From Azolla caroliniana (taxonomy: Eukaryota; Plantae; Polypodiophyta), in contig JBHGNT010000002.1 of NCBI GenBank assembly GCA_043228905.1, forward strand, positions 23,002,001-23,066,000: a stretch of DNA of 64,000 nt, given 5' to 3'. The translations under genes and the position numbers were made by a program. Below, piece after piece: positions 62,791 through 64,000 of this stretch. Each line of letters begins with the position of its first letter. The stretch's first letter is position 1. Below the pieces are notes generated by a model. It saw only the letters and a program-made list of their open reading frames with translations. It did no database searches and was not told where the DNA came from.

Positions 62791-63911
62791 GTAACACTAC
62801 ATATTTTCTCTGCACATTTTCCCTGGATAGTGTCATGTTATATGTTGCATGTTTGTGCTGGATAGTTGACATTCTGAATTAGTTATGGGAAAATATTTCT
62901 TTGGATGTGGTTCACCATAGTTCGAGGAAGTAGAGCCCATGCCTTATGATGATATGTTTGTTTGGAATTCATTTATGTCTCGAGGTTAAAAGCACACTTT
63001 GGACAGTTGCATTAGTTTACGGATTTTTTAATCAGGTAACACTGCATATTTTCTCTGCACATTTTTCCTCGATAGTGTCATGTTATATGTTGCATGTTTG
63101 TGCTGGCTAGTTGGCATTCTGAATTAGTTATGGGAAAATATTTCTTTGGATGTGGTTTGCCATATTCAAGGAAGTAGAGCCCATTTTTCCTCGATAGTGT
63201 CATGTTATATGTTGCATGTTTGTGCTGGCTAGTTGGCATTCTGAATTAGTTACGGGAAAATATTTCTTTGGATGTGGTTTGCCATATTCAAGGAAGTAGA
63301 GCCCATTTTTCCTCGATAGTGTCATGTTATATGTTGCATGTTTGTGCTGGCTAGTTGGCATTCTGAATTAGTTATGGGAAAATATTTCTTTGGATGTGGT
63401 TTGCCATATTCAAGGAAGTAGAGCCCATTTTTCCTCGATAGTGTCATGTTATATGTTGCATGTTTGTGCTGGCTAGTTGGCATTCTGAATTAGTTACGGG
63501 AAAATATTTCTTTGGATGTGGTTTGCCATATTCAAGGAAGTAGAGCCCATTTTTCCTCGATAGTGTCATGTTATATGTTGCATGTTTGTGCTGGCTAGTT
63601 GACATTCTGAATTAGTTACGGGAAAATATTTCTTTGGATGTGGTTTGCCATATTCAAGGAAGTAGAGCCCATGCCTTATGATGATATGTTTGTTTGGAAT
63701 TCATTTATGTCTCGAGAATTTCGGAATGAGGTTAACAGCACACTTTGCACAGTTGCATTAGTTTATGGATTTTTTAATCAGGTAACACTACATATTTTCT
63801 CTGCACATTTTTCCTGGATAGTGTCATGTTATATGTTGCATGTTTGTGCTGGATAGTTGACATTCTGAATTAGTTACGGGAAAATATTTCTTTGGATGTG
63901 GTTCGCCATAG
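62664..63911 (+). repeat. Tandem array of exon4/intron4 segment: long, long, four 122-bp short units, long
   Basis: Units start with AGGAAGTAGAGCCC at about 62664, 62924, 63168, 63290, 63412, 63534 and 63656. Confidence 0.95.
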
Positions 63912-63984
63912 TTCTATACATGGCAATCGATAATGTAAAAGATGCGAAGTTCGTCCCCTCAAAACACACGAGCAGGTGTTCTTC

Positions 63985-64000
63985 CACTAGTAGCAAAAAA
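63985..64000 (+). mobile_element. Possible CACTA transposon terminus
   Basis: CACTAGTAGCAAAA at the window edge resembles CACTA TIRs. The other end is not visible. Confidence 0.3.

Noticed and set aside
63168-63655. 122-bp periodic array as a CRISPR-like locus
   Set aside because: The units are near-identical along their whole length with no unique spacers, and they derive from the adjacent exon and intron.

Overview
This is eukaryotic, land-plant nuclear DNA. The transposon lineages and microsatellites suggest a non-seed plant such as a fern (inference). About 54 kb is a deeply nested transposon stack. It holds two copies of a non-chromovirus Ty3/gypsy family ('A', minus strand, carrying a large extra 3' ORF) and at least eight insertions or LTR remnants of a second gypsy family ('B': LTRs TGTCGT...ACA, tRNA-Trp PBS, 4-bp TSD). 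It also holds a young self-priming chromovirus ('C'), copia remnants, L1 fragments and one intact two-ORF RTEX-like LINE. Further right, a 1.8-kb non-autonomous hAT carries a ubiquitin-RPS27a gene, followed by the 5' exons of a SAC/FIG4-type phosphoinositide phosphatase gene and a tandem exon-intron array. The main leads are: (1) family B junctions are almost all CpG-centred (NCGN); (2) some family B LTRs contain tRNA-geometry A/B-box cassettes; (3) the LINE ORF1 and ORF2 are in frame, separated by one UAG, with no usable AUG for ORF2; (4) a conserved -1 frameshift pseudoknot lies after the protease; (5) whole-gene capture by a hAT. Everything was read by eye with no database searches, so family names are motif-based.
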